Shown here one piece after another: positions 1 to 10,723 of a stretch of DNA of 64,000 nucleotides. This stretch comes from an uncultured bacterium (GTDB lineage Bacteria; Cyanobacteriota; Cyanobacteriia; Cyanobacteriales; Microcystaceae), in contig CAZUVR010000002.1 in NCBI GenBank assembly GCA_964623815.1, forward strand, positions 48,576 to 112,575, read 5' to 3'. Numbering within the stretch: position 1 is the first letter of the stretch; the number at the start of each line of letters is the position of its first letter. The translations under genes and the position numbers were made by a program. The notes under the pieces are model-generated. The model was not told the origin of the DNA and searched no databases. It was given only the letters and a program-made list of their open reading frames with translations.

Positions 1-1
1 T

Positions 2-289
2 TTCGATGAGCTAGTAGCTTATATAGGCAGGAGGGGTGGTAAGGTCTACCCCTATCCTGAAATAGACGTAACTGATTTAGAATATTCCGAGAGGGTATCC
101 CGTCCCCACGCTCACATCATCTGGGACGAACAATCGAGTAAATATTTTTTAATCGATGATAATAGCACTAACGGAACTATCCTCAACGGCATCTCCCTCA
201 CCCCCGGACGAACCTATGAACTGGCTAACGGGGCACAGCTAGAATTAGGAAGGGAACATTTAGTTAAATTTATTATTTTTATTAAATAG
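2..289 (+). CDS. FHA domain protein, C-terminal part (5' end lies outside the window)
   Basis: The frame is open from the window edge to TAG at 287-289. The translation ...RVSRPHAHIIWDEQSSKYFLIDDNSTNGTILNGISLTPGRTYELANGAQLELG carries the FHA core pattern (SR.HA.I..., GS.NGT.LNG, L..GD.I.LG). Confidence 0.6.
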   Translation, partial: FDELVAYIGRRGGKVYPYPEIDVTDLEYSERVSRPHAHIIWDEQSSKYFLIDDNSTNGTILNGISLTPGRTYELANGAQLELGREHLVKFIIFIK

Positions 290-293
290 TTAT

Positions 294-965
294 ATGTCTA
301 CTACAACTATCAGTCTCGATGCAAATTTTTATAATTACTATCGCTCGATTAATTTAAGAGAGCCAGAACTTCTTGAAGAATTACGTTTAGAAACGGCTAA
401 AAATCCTATGGCGATGATGCAAATATCACCCGAACAAGGGCAATTCATGGGATTTTTAATTCAATTGATGGGAGCTAAAAAAACTCTTGAGGTGGGCGTA
501 TTCACCGGCTATAGTTCTTTAGTCGTGGCCTTGGCTTTACCGAGCGACGGCAAGCTTATTGCCTGCGATGTGAGCGATGAATACACGGGTATTGCTCGTT
601 CATATTGGGAGAGAGCAGGGGTGAGGGATAAGATAGATTTGCGTATTGGGCCAGCCGTAGAAACGCTCGATCGATTGATAGAATCAGGTGAAACTAATAG
701 TTTTGATTTCGCTTTCATCGATGCCGATAAAAGTAATTACGATCGCTACTACGAACAGGCATTACAATTAGTAAGACCAGGGGGTGTTATAGCGATCGAT
801 AATGTCTTCTGGGGCGGTAAAGTTGCTGACGCGGAAATCACCGACAATCGCACTCAAATCATCCGTCGTCTCAACAAGAAAATCCACGAAGATAAAAGAG
901 TCAACCTCAGTGTTATTCCCATCGGTGACGGCTTAACCTTGGCGATGAAATTGGGATGGTTATAA
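294..965 (+). CDS. class I SAM-dependent O-methyltransferase (caffeoyl-CoA OMT-like, family 3)
   Basis: 223 aa. It has the glycine-rich SAM motif LEVGVFTGYSSL, an acidic DVSDE loop, and FDFAFIDADKSNY plus GGVIAIDNVFWGG, which are typical of the family-3 OMT fold. Confidence 0.8.
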   Translation: MSTTTISLDANFYNYYRSINLREPELLEELRLETAKNPMAMMQISPEQGQFMGFLIQLMGAKKTLEVGVFTGYSSLVVALALPSDGKLIACDVSDEYTGIARSYWERAGVRDKIDLRIGPAVETLDRLIESGETNSFDFAFIDADKSNYDRYYEQALQLVRPGGVIAIDNVFWGGKVADAEITDNRTQIIRRLNKKIHEDKRVNLSVIPIGDGLTLAMKLGWL

Positions 966-2836
966 AGAAAACTAGGCGAGTTAGAAGGAACTTTATTTAC
1001 CTTGTCACCCTTTTTGCCCTGTTAATCCTCATCGGCGGTAAGGTAAGGGCAACCCCCCTCAGGGCCAAAGTCGAAGCCAGATACCTCAATCCTTGGACGC
1101 AGCAACTAGAAAAAGAATTTAATCAACGGGCGCAGAAAATTATCGCCTACTACGCCAACCCTAGAAGTTATGGCAATGCCTGGGGAGAAAACGAAAAGCA
1201 ATCCTACCCCCGGGCCATGTTCGATTTCTTAGCCGGGAATCGTGAGAGAGCCAAAATATTTTTACAACAAAACGACCCGCAAACGAAAGAGCAGGCCCAT
1301 ACTGACTATATCGATTATTATTTCTCCTTCACCCTGAAAGGACAGATAAGAAAATACTTTCTCCTGGGGCCCTATTTAGATCCAGTTTATCGCCAGAGGA
1401 TGTATAAAGCCGCTAAAATTTGGACGGAGGTAGACCCATTAGAGCGACCTCATCCGATTTACGGCAGGGGAAAAGGCACAGGTAGAGATTGGGATATAAA
1501 ACGCCGGGGTTTATGGGTTGACGGGCGCAATACCGATAACCTGCGAGCCATGCGAGAAACCTCTGTTTATCTCATGGCGGAAGAGACGGGTAATGAAGCC
1601 ACTAGAGAGATATATAAAGCCAGAATCAAACGCTACGTCCACGCTCTCTATCATATCGGTATGGGCGAGTGGGATTCAGGGGTTTATCACGGACATACCT
1701 TCGCCCCCTATCTTAATTTATACGATTTCGCCAAAGACCCGGAGGTGAAACGATGGGCGAAAGCGGCCCTCGATTGGATGTCTACGGCTGCGGCCTTGAA
1801 ATATTATCGCGGTGGTTGGGGCGGCCCAGTTAAGCGAGACTACGGCGGTGCCGATGTCGCTATGGCTTCCGATGCCGCCCGCACTTTCTGGCTGTATTTC
1901 GGGGATACTCCCGCGTTAGATTTCGAGCCGTCGCGGGATACTTTACACATGATTACTAGCTCCTATCGCCCTCCCCTAGCCTCTGTGCAATTGGCGCGGA
2001 AAGAGTTTCCCAAACCCCTAGAAATTTATGCCACCAAACCGGTGTATGAAAATTGGAAGCCGGGTAATGATAACAGCCCTGGTTATTGGGAGACGCAATT
2101 CTTCGGCCCCGATTATCAGATGGGCAGTGTCGCCGGCACTTTCCCAGATGGCGATGTCTCTCCTTTTAAGTTGATGAGTTACAACAGCGCCAGGGGCGTG
2201 GATTTCTTCGTCGTCAATACGGGAGACAGTGAGTTAAAACCGGGTAAGAATCCAGGCGATGAAATCGCCCAGTTTGGCAATTTATTAATCTGGTTGCGCC
2301 CCGCCGATAGAGCATTCTTTTTTCAGTTACCGAAAACCGCTATCTTCGAGCGCGGGGAAAATGTCTGGTTTGTGGGTTTAGAGAAAACTTGGTTGACTAT
2401 CCGCCCGATTAATCTGGCGTTTGACTCCGTCGTAAGTTTGGCTCTAAAAAGATATGCGGCTCGTTACGGGGGGGAAACGGTTTTTCGTTGTCTGCCCCGA
2501 GGCTCTGGCTTTGCTGGTTTCGCTCTGGAGGTGAGTAGTCAGAAAGATTATCAAGCTTTCAAACGAGAGAGCGAAAGGAAAAGTCGCTTAGATTTAACTG
2601 GGTTAGAAACAGGGGCGGTTAAGTATAAAGGTATCGAGGGAGATGTTTTAGAATTTACCTACAATACTTCTAACCTTTTGCCTCTTGTTAAGGGTAATGG
2701 TAACTTACGCGATTGGTCTAAGTTTGACCTCTATAAAAGCTCTAATTGGCTGGATTATCCTCTTCATTTAGGCTGGAAAGAGGGTAAGTTAACTGTTAAA
2801 AGTAAGGATTATATTTTCACCCAAACCATGCCATGA
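956..2836 (+). CDS. hypothetical protein with N-terminal signal anchor (function unknown; possibly a polysaccharide-acting enzyme)
   Basis: 626-aa ORF overlapping the OMT stop by 10 nt, which suggests co-transcription. The N-terminus FIYLVTLFALLILIGG is hydrophobic. I recognised no catalytic motif. Confidence 0.45.
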   Translation: MVIKKTRRVRRNFIYLVTLFALLILIGGKVRATPLRAKVEARYLNPWTQQLEKEFNQRAQKIIAYYANPRSYGNAWGENEKQSYPRAMFDFLAGNRERAKIFLQQNDPQTKEQAHTDYIDYYFSFTLKGQIRKYFLLGPYLDPVYRQRMYKAAKIWTEVDPLERPHPIYGRGKGTGRDWDIKRRGLWVDGRNTDNLRAMRETSVYLMAEETGNEATREIYKARIKRYVHALYHIGMGEWDSGVYHGHTFAPYLNLYDFAKDPEVKRWAKAALDWMSTAAALKYYRGGWGGPVKRDYGGADVAMASDAARTFWLYFGDTPALDFEPSRDTLHMITSSYRPPLASVQLARKEFPKPLEIYATKPVYENWKPGNDNSPGYWETQFFGPDYQMGSVAGTFPDGDVSPFKLMSYNSARGVDFFVVNTGDSELKPGKNPGDEIAQFGNLLIWLRPADRAFFFQLPKTAIFERGENVWFVGLEKTWLTIRPINLAFDSVVSLALKRYAARYGGETVFRCLPRGSGFAGFALEVSSQKDYQAFKRESERKSRLDLTGLETGAVKYKGIEGDVLEFTYNTSNLLPLVKGNGNLRDWSKFDLYKSSNWLDYPLHLGWKEGKLTVKSKDYIFTQTMP

Positions 2837-3005
2837 TTATATTGATAGCGTTGTTGGCGATCGTTCTCTTAACTCTCAGTAATTCCGTCTTTTCCGAGCT
2901 GTTTCTATTTTTCCCTGTAGATTTATATCAATTGTGGGAATTTTTTCAGAGGTATATATGGCTAGGGATTATATTTCTGGTGGTTATCTGGATCATAGGC
3001 GAGGA

Positions 3006-3278
3006 CTAAAAATACAACTCGTCGTTATTATTCGAGAATCGTTTCCGGTTATTACTCTTTACTCCTAGCAACGCTGGTAATAAAGCCCCGAGGAAAAATC
3101 CTACACCCAGGCAGAAAGCTAATAATACACCCACGGGTAATCTGATAGATTCAAATGTGAATAATCTGAGAGTCACAGGCGTAATATTTTGAATCGAGAA
3201 AACCGCCATCGTCATAATCCAACCGGCTACGATGGAAGCCGCCATAAAATTCGTGATGGTATTCATCGCTTCTGCCAC
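3006..3278 (-). CDS. small membrane protein, LapA/DUF1049-like
   Basis: 90 aa with two predicted TM helices (FMAASIVAGWIMTMAVFSI and LPVGVLLAFCLGVGFFLGALLPALL) and a basic tail. This architecture matches the DUF1049/LapA family. Confidence 0.45.
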   Translation of the reverse strand: MAEAMNTITNFMAASIVAGWIMTMAVFSIQNITPVTLRLFTFESIRLPVGVLLAFCLGVGFFLGALLPALLGVKSNNRKRFSNNNDELYF

Positions 3279-4891
3279 CCTGTAATTAATCCTTTTAACC
3301 TTTCATATCCTAGCTTAGGCGTTAAGTCTTTTCTCAGTAAACCCCCATGCGGCCAGAAATTACCGTCGTCTGCCAAATCCCACCAACTAATCGCCTCGAT
3401 ATAGGGCTTACTATAACAGAGCGTGTAGAATTGTTCGATCCAATCCGCCTGTACTTCTTCGCTCCAGGGGCCGTGCCATAATCCCGTACTATCTTTAAGA
3501 TAGGATTGCTTATCTACATCCGTAGCCGATGACACCCCCAATTCGGTGATATGAATCGGTTTACCGAGACGGGCAAATCTTTCTAAAACTCGATCGATCT
3601 CGAACATATCTCGATCCGGATAATATAATTGTAGTCCGATGGCTTCAAACTCTATCCCCTCCTCTATCACCCTTTTCAGGTATTCATAGGGGCTGTGTTG
3701 CGGGGGGTGATGATAGGATATATTCTCCGCCCACAGACAACAGTTATTGATAATTCTGAAAGTATCGGGGTTGCCCCGTCTCGAAGCCTCGGAAGCGATG
3801 CGAGTTAATTCGATAAATTGCTCCAGGCTGAATTTTAATTCGTTGGCCCAGGCGATACCGTGAGGCTCGTTGATAATATCGTAATAATTCATCTTTCCCC
3901 GGTAATGCCGCGTAATCTCTTCTATCCTCGGGGCGATTAATTCTTTTATCTCCTCGAAGGATTTTCCTTTGACGAATTCTGGGATACCTTCCGAATGAAA
4001 CCACACCAGAGGATGACCTTTCGGGGTAATATTTAATTGCCGCAATCTTTCCACCATCTCATCGGTTGAGGCGAAATTCTTTTCCCCTAAAACCGGCTCG
4101 AAACCCCGCCAGTAAAAGGGTATGGTAGCAAAATTAAATACTTCCTGAAATTTTTGTATATATACTCTGCCGAGTCGAGGATAACCGAAGAAATTAGCAC
4201 CGAAGAGAAAGCCTTGACGGGGAGATTGTGTCTGAATAAGTTGTTTAGCTTTAGTAAAGACGGCCATTTCTCCCGCCCAGAGACTTTCTGATAGACTACG
4301 ATCGAACCACTGCAGCCGCTCGGATAAATATTTAGCTTTCTCCCCACTTTGTAAATACTCCCCGGCTTTCTGCAAACGCGATTCTATATCAGGGCCGAAG
4401 CGAATACCTTTTTCCCGCTCCCGAGTGATAAACTCCCGCACTCGATATAGGCGAGTCTGAGCGAAAGCACGATTGAGGTTGAGGGGAAAATCCTTCTCGC
4501 CGTATCCCTTCCCCTGATTATCGGCGTAGAGAAACACCTCGCCGAAATCGGTGACGGGTAACTTGAGGGCGATGGCGAAAGCAGAATCAGGAATCGCCGT
4601 CAATAATTTGCCGTTTTCAATTTTACGCGGGGGTTGGAGTAGAGTTTCATCATTGAGATTGAGAAAGTAAGTTTGATTGAGAGCCTTGGGAGTCAAAAGA
4701 CTGCCATCGGGGTTAAAGACGTTTATTTCTAGAAATGGGGGCGTGAGATTACTCAAGCGCATCGGCAGAGAAAATCGGGCGCGAAGCCTGCCTTCGGCAT
4801 CGAGCAAACCTGCTAAACTTAAACCCCCAGTAAACTGAAAGAATCGCCGCCGATTGCCGAAAAAAATCATAGACAAAACCTTAAGAAACAA
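3263..4891 (-). CDS. clan GH-A glycoside hydrolase (GH10/GH5-like beta-glycanase)
   Basis: 542 aa. YYDIINEPHG carries the acid/base Glu in an NEP context, and IHITELGVSS carries the nucleophile Glu in an ITEL context. Both are hallmarks of (beta/alpha)8 clan GH-A enzymes such as GH10 xylanases or GH5. An N-terminal ~200-aa extension is present. Confidence 0.65.
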   Translation of the reverse strand: MFLKVLSMIFFGNRRRFFQFTGGLSLAGLLDAEGRLRARFSLPMRLSNLTPPFLEINVFNPDGSLLTPKALNQTYFLNLNDETLLQPPRKIENGKLLTAIPDSAFAIALKLPVTDFGEVFLYADNQGKGYGEKDFPLNLNRAFAQTRLYRVREFITREREKGIRFGPDIESRLQKAGEYLQSGEKAKYLSERLQWFDRSLSESLWAGEMAVFTKAKQLIQTQSPRQGFLFGANFFGYPRLGRVYIQKFQEVFNFATIPFYWRGFEPVLGEKNFASTDEMVERLRQLNITPKGHPLVWFHSEGIPEFVKGKSFEEIKELIAPRIEEITRHYRGKMNYYDIINEPHGIAWANELKFSLEQFIELTRIASEASRRGNPDTFRIINNCCLWAENISYHHPPQHSPYEYLKRVIEEGIEFEAIGLQLYYPDRDMFEIDRVLERFARLGKPIHITELGVSSATDVDKQSYLKDSTGLWHGPWSEEVQADWIEQFYTLCYSKPYIEAISWWDLADDGNFWPHGGLLRKDLTPKLGYERLKGLITGWQKR

Positions 4892-4939
4892 CCGATCGTA
4901 ATTTGGGCATATTAAAAGAGAGACTCAATAAAAGCGATT

Positions 4940-7405
4940 ATGTCCAGCCCGGAGACTTCCAATACCCGTTTATGGATACTATTAACGGGTTTTCTTTACG
5001 CCCTATTTACCCTAATACCAGACAGTCACAGTTTAATGGTGTCGTGGCCCTGGGTAGCCATCTGGCAGATAGGATTACTCTGCCCTTTATTTTGGCTGAT
5101 GTCTCAAATCTGGCACAAGAATAAACTTACTTTTTTGGGTAACGGTTTAGATCCGATTGTAGCCTTTATAGGCATAGGGATAATAGTATCGAGTTTGCGT
5201 GCTTTTTTCGGGGCACAGGGGCGGTGGTATGGATGGGTGGCGCTGACTTTTATCGGAGCATTATACGCCATAGCTCAATATTTAGATAATAACGATGCCG
5301 AAGGCACGCTACGCGCCAGACGTTATCAACTACTGCTATTTCAAGCTTATCTCGGTTGCAGCTTCATCCTCTGGAGTTTATTGCTCTGGATTAGCCAAAC
5401 CCTATTACCTCGATTGAATACCCTCAACGAGCTGAGAGGGCAGGGGGTTAACCTATCCTTCGATTTCTCGGAAATAGAATTCCGTAACTGGGCACCCTTG
5501 GGCCATCAAAACTATGTAGCCGGTTATCTACTGCTCATCATACCCCTACTGATAGCCTTCACCCTGCTGGAAAAAAAGCGCCGCCTCTTTTGGATGGGGG
5601 GGGTGATTTTAGCTCTCATCGCCCTCTACACCACCTCCTCTAGGGGGGGGTGGTTAGGGCTTTTAGGATTAACGATTTATGCTCTAGCTATCTTACTCTT
5701 CAAGAGTAAATTACCCCGCCGATGGTTAATACTCGGTAGTCTCGGCGCTCTATTAACTTTAATCGCCTTCGTTATCAGTAATAATCGCTTGCAAACGGCT
5801 TTAAACGCTGCTCTTAACGGCCGAGTAGGAGAGGAATTCGCCTATAGAATCATCAACCTCGCTGTCGGTTGGCAGATGGCGAGTCAACACCCGATTACCG
5901 GCATCGGCCCCGGTAATGTGCCCCTACTGTATCAGAATTATCGCCCCCTTTGGGCGGGGCGGGCTTCCGAATGGATTTATCAATTACATAGTACACCTGT
6001 ACAAATAGCGGCGGAATCGGGCTTCATCGGGGTAGTGGGAATGTTATTACTCATCGGCTGGTTAACGGTTAATTTCTTCCGGCTTCTGAAGAAACAAAAC
6101 CAGGAAGAACAAATACTAATCTACAGTATATACGGTGGCCTATTGAGCTACGGGTTAATGAGTCTCACCGATTATCAACTTGATAACATCGCCATCGGCG
6201 GCACCCTAGTTATATATATCGCCTGTGCGGTTTCCTGGGGGCGCGAGGAAGAGAAGATTGTGCCCGTCACCCCCAAGTATTTATTCTTTAGTCTCTTGGG
6301 CCTAATACTGGTGGCGTTAATCTGGTTGATTCCCATCCATCGCGCTTGGCAATTATCGAGTCAGGGATTCACGGCCCTGGCGGGTAAGAAAATAGATGTG
6401 TTTGAAAACGCTCTCTATCGCGCGGCCCGACTCGCCCCCGAAGAATCTTATTATCCCTATCAATTAGGATGGAATCTGGCGGATATAGGAATGGCTACGA
6501 ATAACCCCAACCTTATCAGCAGAGGAATAGATAATTTCCGCAGGGCTAACGATATTTCTCCTTATCAAGAATTCGGGCACAGTAATCTCGGCTGGTTGCT
6601 GATGGGGGCTAATCCTGTAGAATCGATGCAATCCTTTATAAAATCAGCGCGACTGGTGCCGGCGAAAAGAGGCGTGTTTTACGGCCTGGGATTGAGTTTA
6701 CTGCGGCAGGGAAAAACCGATTTAGCTATCGAGGCTCTTACTATCGAGTCTATACGCGATCCTCTATTTTTGACTTCCCCTATATGGGGATTGCCTCAAT
6801 TCGCCCCCCTCTATCAGCAATTGGTGGCGGCGGTAGATGCGAAATACAATCAACTGCTGAAGAATGCGGATAATTCCCCCGAGTTTAATAGTTACTTACA
6901 TCATCTGCGCGGCGGCTTCTATTGGTGGCTCGGAGATAGGGAAAAAGCGAGAGCCGATTGGAGTAAATCAGGCACAGCTTCCGGTTTGGAGTTAGTTAAA
7001 GGTAAACTCACTTCTCCTCCTCTATCTCTACTTATGGAGGCGTGGAATAACCCGGGGAGGAGGGGGGATTTACTGCGGCAAGCTTGGGGAATGGCTCAGA
7101 TGAGCGAATTGCCCCCAGAGATAGAAAAAGAGTTATTAACCAGTATGGATCGAGCAACGTCTTTCGAGCAATGGGTGAAGAAAAACGCGCCTCCCTGGCA
7201 ATATCGCAGGGAGAGAGCAGGTTTTAACGTCAACAGCCGTCACACCGATGGAGTGGTGCCGACGGATTTCACTCCCGTAGTCGATAATCTCGTCGTCGCT
7301 ACCTGGTTTGATGAGCTGTTGGGGGCTTCCGATTATATACCCCCCCTCGATGAAGCCTTACAACCAGCCCGCGAGGCTTTACTGAAAAAACTTCCGCCAG
7401 TTTAA
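4940..7405 (+). CDS. O-antigen ligase (Wzy_C)-like polytopic membrane protein with C-terminal TPR repeats
   Basis: 821 aa with more than 10 hydrophobic helices. It has a Wzy_C-like loop motif (LYTTSSRGGWLGLLG). The C-terminal ~300 aa are TPR-like (AIEALTIES..., ALYRAARLAPEES). Confidence 0.65.
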   Translation: MSSPETSNTRLWILLTGFLYALFTLIPDSHSLMVSWPWVAIWQIGLLCPLFWLMSQIWHKNKLTFLGNGLDPIVAFIGIGIIVSSLRAFFGAQGRWYGWVALTFIGALYAIAQYLDNNDAEGTLRARRYQLLLFQAYLGCSFILWSLLLWISQTLLPRLNTLNELRGQGVNLSFDFSEIEFRNWAPLGHQNYVAGYLLLIIPLLIAFTLLEKKRRLFWMGGVILALIALYTTSSRGGWLGLLGLTIYALAILLFKSKLPRRWLILGSLGALLTLIAFVISNNRLQTALNAALNGRVGEEFAYRIINLAVGWQMASQHPITGIGPGNVPLLYQNYRPLWAGRASEWIYQLHSTPVQIAAESGFIGVVGMLLLIGWLTVNFFRLLKKQNQEEQILIYSIYGGLLSYGLMSLTDYQLDNIAIGGTLVIYIACAVSWGREEEKIVPVTPKYLFFSLLGLILVALIWLIPIHRAWQLSSQGFTALAGKKIDVFENALYRAARLAPEESYYPYQLGWNLADIGMATNNPNLISRGIDNFRRANDISPYQEFGHSNLGWLLMGANPVESMQSFIKSARLVPAKRGVFYGLGLSLLRQGKTDLAIEALTIESIRDPLFLTSPIWGLPQFAPLYQQLVAAVDAKYNQLLKNADNSPEFNSYLHHLRGGFYWWLGDREKARADWSKSGTASGLELVKGKLTSPPLSLLMEAWNNPGRRGDLLRQAWGMAQMSELPPEIEKELLTSMDRATSFEQWVKKNAPPWQYRRERAGFNVNSRHTDGVVPTDFTPVVDNLVVATWFDELLGASDYIPPLDEALQPAREALLKKLPPV

Positions 7406-7446
7406 CCTTTCCCGGTATCTTGAAAAAAGCGACAAGTTAAAATTCA

Positions 7447-8271
7447 ATGAATCAAATTTTAGAGAAAACGGTGACGGTAGGCGCTTTTAATTGGTTTTAC
7501 CGGGAGGTGGAAGTCAATAATACCTCCGAGCCTACGGTGGTTTTATTACACGGTTTGCCCTCTCACAGTTACACCTGGCGGCAGATAATGCCATTACTCG
7601 CCGAATATAAGTATAGATCGATCGCTCCCGATTGGCTCGGCTTCGGTTCTTCCGCTAAACCTTCGACGCGGGAATTCGCCTACACCCCCTCTGCCTATGT
7701 GGAAGCTTTAAAAGATTTTCTCTGTACCTTAAATCTTTCTCCCGTCTCCCTTGTGGTGCAGGGCTTTCTCGGCTCGGTGGGCATACAATACGCTTTAAGA
7801 TTTCCCGAGAATATCGATCGTCTTATCATTCTTAATACTCCCATAAATGAAAACCATAAGCTACCCTGGACGATGAAACAGTGGGGCTTACCTTTAGTGG
7901 GTGAAATGGCTACTCAAGATCCTTTATTAGTCGATCGAACTTTAGAGAGCGGTAGTGGCTTCGTCATTTCTGATGCTGATTTAGCCATTTACCGTCAACC
8001 TTTCCTGAAAACCTCTGCGGTGGGGCGCTCACTAAACGCGGTGATTCGCAATCTCAAACTAACAGAATCCATGCGGGAAATAAATACAGATTTACCACGA
8101 TTAGATCGACAGTATCAAATAATTTGGGGGGAGCTTGACCCCTGGTTATCTCTAGAAGGCAACGAGGCTAACCTGATAACTTTACCAGAGGCTAAACATT
8201 ATCCTCAAGAACACTGGTACAAAGAATTAACTCCCTATATGATCAATTTTTTGGGACGTAGGGGGAGCTAG
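7447..8271 (+). CDS. alpha/beta-fold hydrolase
   Basis: 274 aa. VVLLHGLPSHSYTWR is an HG oxyanion motif, GFGSS precedes a nucleophile-elbow region (VVQGFLGSVG), and a C-terminal His is present. Confidence 0.7.
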   Translation: MNQILEKTVTVGAFNWFYREVEVNNTSEPTVVLLHGLPSHSYTWRQIMPLLAEYKYRSIAPDWLGFGSSAKPSTREFAYTPSAYVEALKDFLCTLNLSPVSLVVQGFLGSVGIQYALRFPENIDRLIILNTPINENHKLPWTMKQWGLPLVGEMATQDPLLVDRTLESGSGFVISDADLAIYRQPFLKTSAVGRSLNAVIRNLKLTESMREINTDLPRLDRQYQIIWGELDPWLSLEGNEANLITLPEAKHYPQEHWYKELTPYMINFLGRRGS

Positions 8272-8285
8272 GAAGTCCCAGAAGG

Positions 8286-10589
8286 TTACAATAATAAAAT
8301 ATTTTCCTCTATCTCCTTCTTAATCGCGGGACTTACCTGACAGTCACTCTGTACGCATTCAACTATAAATTGATTGCCTCGATAGTATTTCTGCCAATTT
8401 TCCTGTTGCAGACGCGTCAAATTTAGATCCTGGCAAATTTTTCTATGCTCGTTCAAAATCGAGCGAAAACTATCAACCCAATCCTGTCCGTTATCCCGCC
8501 ACCAACTCTGTATAGACTCTCGACTTTGCTCCAGAGAGGGTAATTTCCCCTTTAAATCTTGCATATCCGCTTTCAGTGAGGAAGCGAGATTAAATTTTCT
8601 CTCTAAATCTAAAGAGAAGCAAAAGTTCAGAAATTTCTTCATATTTAATTCTGGACTTTTGAGGAGATTCAAACTATCTGTAAAGGCTCTAACTAAAGTC
8701 AGGTCTAAATTAAGTTCTTCCGGTAAATCATCCATTCCAGCAAACTTAACATCGAGAGCTATCGCTAGATTCAAATCTCGATTTTGTAGTAAGGTGAAGT
8801 AAAAAGCTCTGACGGCGGCGGGCTTATAGGGGATTTGCATCGAGTTAACTTTCGCCTCAATATCCCTTAAAAATTGTTGCAAAATTTTGTCTTCCAATGA
8901 TAGGTGTTTTACCCTCGTATTGATTTCTTGAACTAGGAAATCTGCTCTCGGTAACATACTGATAGTTAATAATATAACTTCCCGCCATTGAGGTTCAAAA
9001 CTGCGATCGGCTAATTTCACCAATTCTTTGTTTAAATTTTCCTGCCCATGACTAGCGATGATTTTCCGCGCCGTCAAATACTCTTGAAAGGTTAGATGAG
9101 AGAAAGAATAGACATCTTTGGCTCTCTCTACTAATAAACCGTGCTGTATTTCTATCGCTTTGAGAACTGCTTCGCTATTGAGCCATAAAGTTTCTGGATC
9201 TGTGGAGCTATTTGGTAAATTTCTCAAATAGTCTTCGATTATATACAAAATATCATTAATATCGAAAAAATACTGATTATTATTAAAGGTGAGCGAGGCT
9301 ATCTGACAGAGCAATTTAATTTTATCTGCTAAGGATAGATCTCGATAAATGCCATCTCTTTGAATTCCCCTCGCCTGATCCCATTTTTGTAGTAGTATGT
9401 CTAACCCTGCTTGATATAGTCGGTATCTTTTCGTTGGGAAAGAGGCTTTTTCTTTAAACACCGAGCAGATCAAATTTAACAGTATCGGTGTAGCAGCTAA
9501 ATCTCGAATCGGTTTATTAGCAGGTCTTTCTAAGTGTTCAAAAAATTGCTCGGCTTTCTTTGAGCCTTCTTCTTTACTATTGGCGGTAGCGATAAACCAA
9601 TTTCTGGCGAATGCTTCTATCTGTTGAGGATTAAAATCCGCTAATTCTACATAGGTGAATCCTCGAAAATAATATTTTTGGATTCCACTCCTACAAGTCA
9701 TAAATATAGTATTTTTATAATAGCTTTGAGATAGCTGTTCTATCTCTTGAAAGAGAGCTTCGCTATTAATATCTGTTACTTCATCTAAACCATCTAGCAA
9801 AAATAAAAATCTACCTTCTTGGAGTAATTGTAGTATTTTCTCCGATGAAATATTAGATTTTTCCCCTATTGAAAGGATAAATTTCATTAAATTAGAATTT
9901 TCATCTTCTTCTACATTTTCCACTATTAAAGTACGCAATTGAATGAATAAAGGAATCAAATGAGGTTTAAATTGACCTTTATTACACTGTAGAGCGATGT
10001 ACTGTAGGAAAGTAGTTTTTCCTCCTCCCGGCTTTCCTAAAATCATCAGCTTATCGTATTGTCCGGCTATCTGCATGGCCGAGACAGCCTCTTGATGATG
10101 ATGGGTCAGACTAGGTCTTTCTAAAGATAGCTGGTTATATTGGAAGTCATTTACTTCTAACCACCTCTGGCTACTCGGTTGCGGGAATAAATTGATTAAG
10201 ATATAAATCTCTTCTAAAGAGGGTTGAGTTAAATCAAAAGCCGACTGCAAGCTATTACATTGAGTTTGTATTTGTTCTTTTAAATGAGCGCGGATATGCT
10301 CGACCCAGCTATTAGAATTATCAGCTTCTTCCTCTAACTCGATAGATTCAGAACTCAGCAGCGATGAAGGTAAATCGGCTATATCCTCCCATTCTAAATT
10401 TAACTTAAAGCAAATTTCTTTAAATAAATAACGCTCGATCGGTCTACCAGTGAAAAATTTCCATACCGATTGACGACTCGATAAACCCACCTCAGCCGCT
10501 AAATACTCCTGAGTCCACCCTGTTCTATCAAAAGCTTCTTTAGCCCTAATTATTCCTTTCTGAGATGCTTTGAGAGACCTTTTTGCCAT
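8286..10589 (-). CDS. HTH(XRE)-NACHT family STAND NTPase
   Basis: 767 aa. The N-terminal helix-turn-helix is GWTQEYLAAEVGLSSRQSV. Walker A is ILGKPGGGKTTFL and the NACHT-type Walker B is FLFLLDGLDEV. There is no WD40/TPR sensor repeat in the C-terminal ~300 aa. Confidence 0.8.
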   Translation of the reverse strand: MAKRSLKASQKGIIRAKEAFDRTGWTQEYLAAEVGLSSRQSVWKFFTGRPIERYLFKEICFKLNLEWEDIADLPSSLLSSESIELEEEADNSNSWVEHIRAHLKEQIQTQCNSLQSAFDLTQPSLEEIYILINLFPQPSSQRWLEVNDFQYNQLSLERPSLTHHHQEAVSAMQIAGQYDKLMILGKPGGGKTTFLQYIALQCNKGQFKPHLIPLFIQLRTLIVENVEEDENSNLMKFILSIGEKSNISSEKILQLLQEGRFLFLLDGLDEVTDINSEALFQEIEQLSQSYYKNTIFMTCRSGIQKYYFRGFTYVELADFNPQQIEAFARNWFIATANSKEEGSKKAEQFFEHLERPANKPIRDLAATPILLNLICSVFKEKASFPTKRYRLYQAGLDILLQKWDQARGIQRDGIYRDLSLADKIKLLCQIASLTFNNNQYFFDINDILYIIEDYLRNLPNSSTDPETLWLNSEAVLKAIEIQHGLLVERAKDVYSFSHLTFQEYLTARKIIASHGQENLNKELVKLADRSFEPQWREVILLTISMLPRADFLVQEINTRVKHLSLEDKILQQFLRDIEAKVNSMQIPYKPAAVRAFYFTLLQNRDLNLAIALDVKFAGMDDLPEELNLDLTLVRAFTDSLNLLKSPELNMKKFLNFCFSLDLERKFNLASSLKADMQDLKGKLPSLEQSRESIQSWWRDNGQDWVDSFRSILNEHRKICQDLNLTRLQQENWQKYYRGNQFIVECVQSDCQVSPAIKKEIEENILLL

Positions 10590-10723
10590 TTTTCCGTTTA
10601 CCGTAATCGTTAAAAAATTTAGTTTTAAATACTTATCTTTGTACTGTTTAATTAGATCGATCGCAATGCCATCATCGATCCAACTCTCCTAAAAATCAAT
10701 TCCTCGTCATAAACATCTATCTC

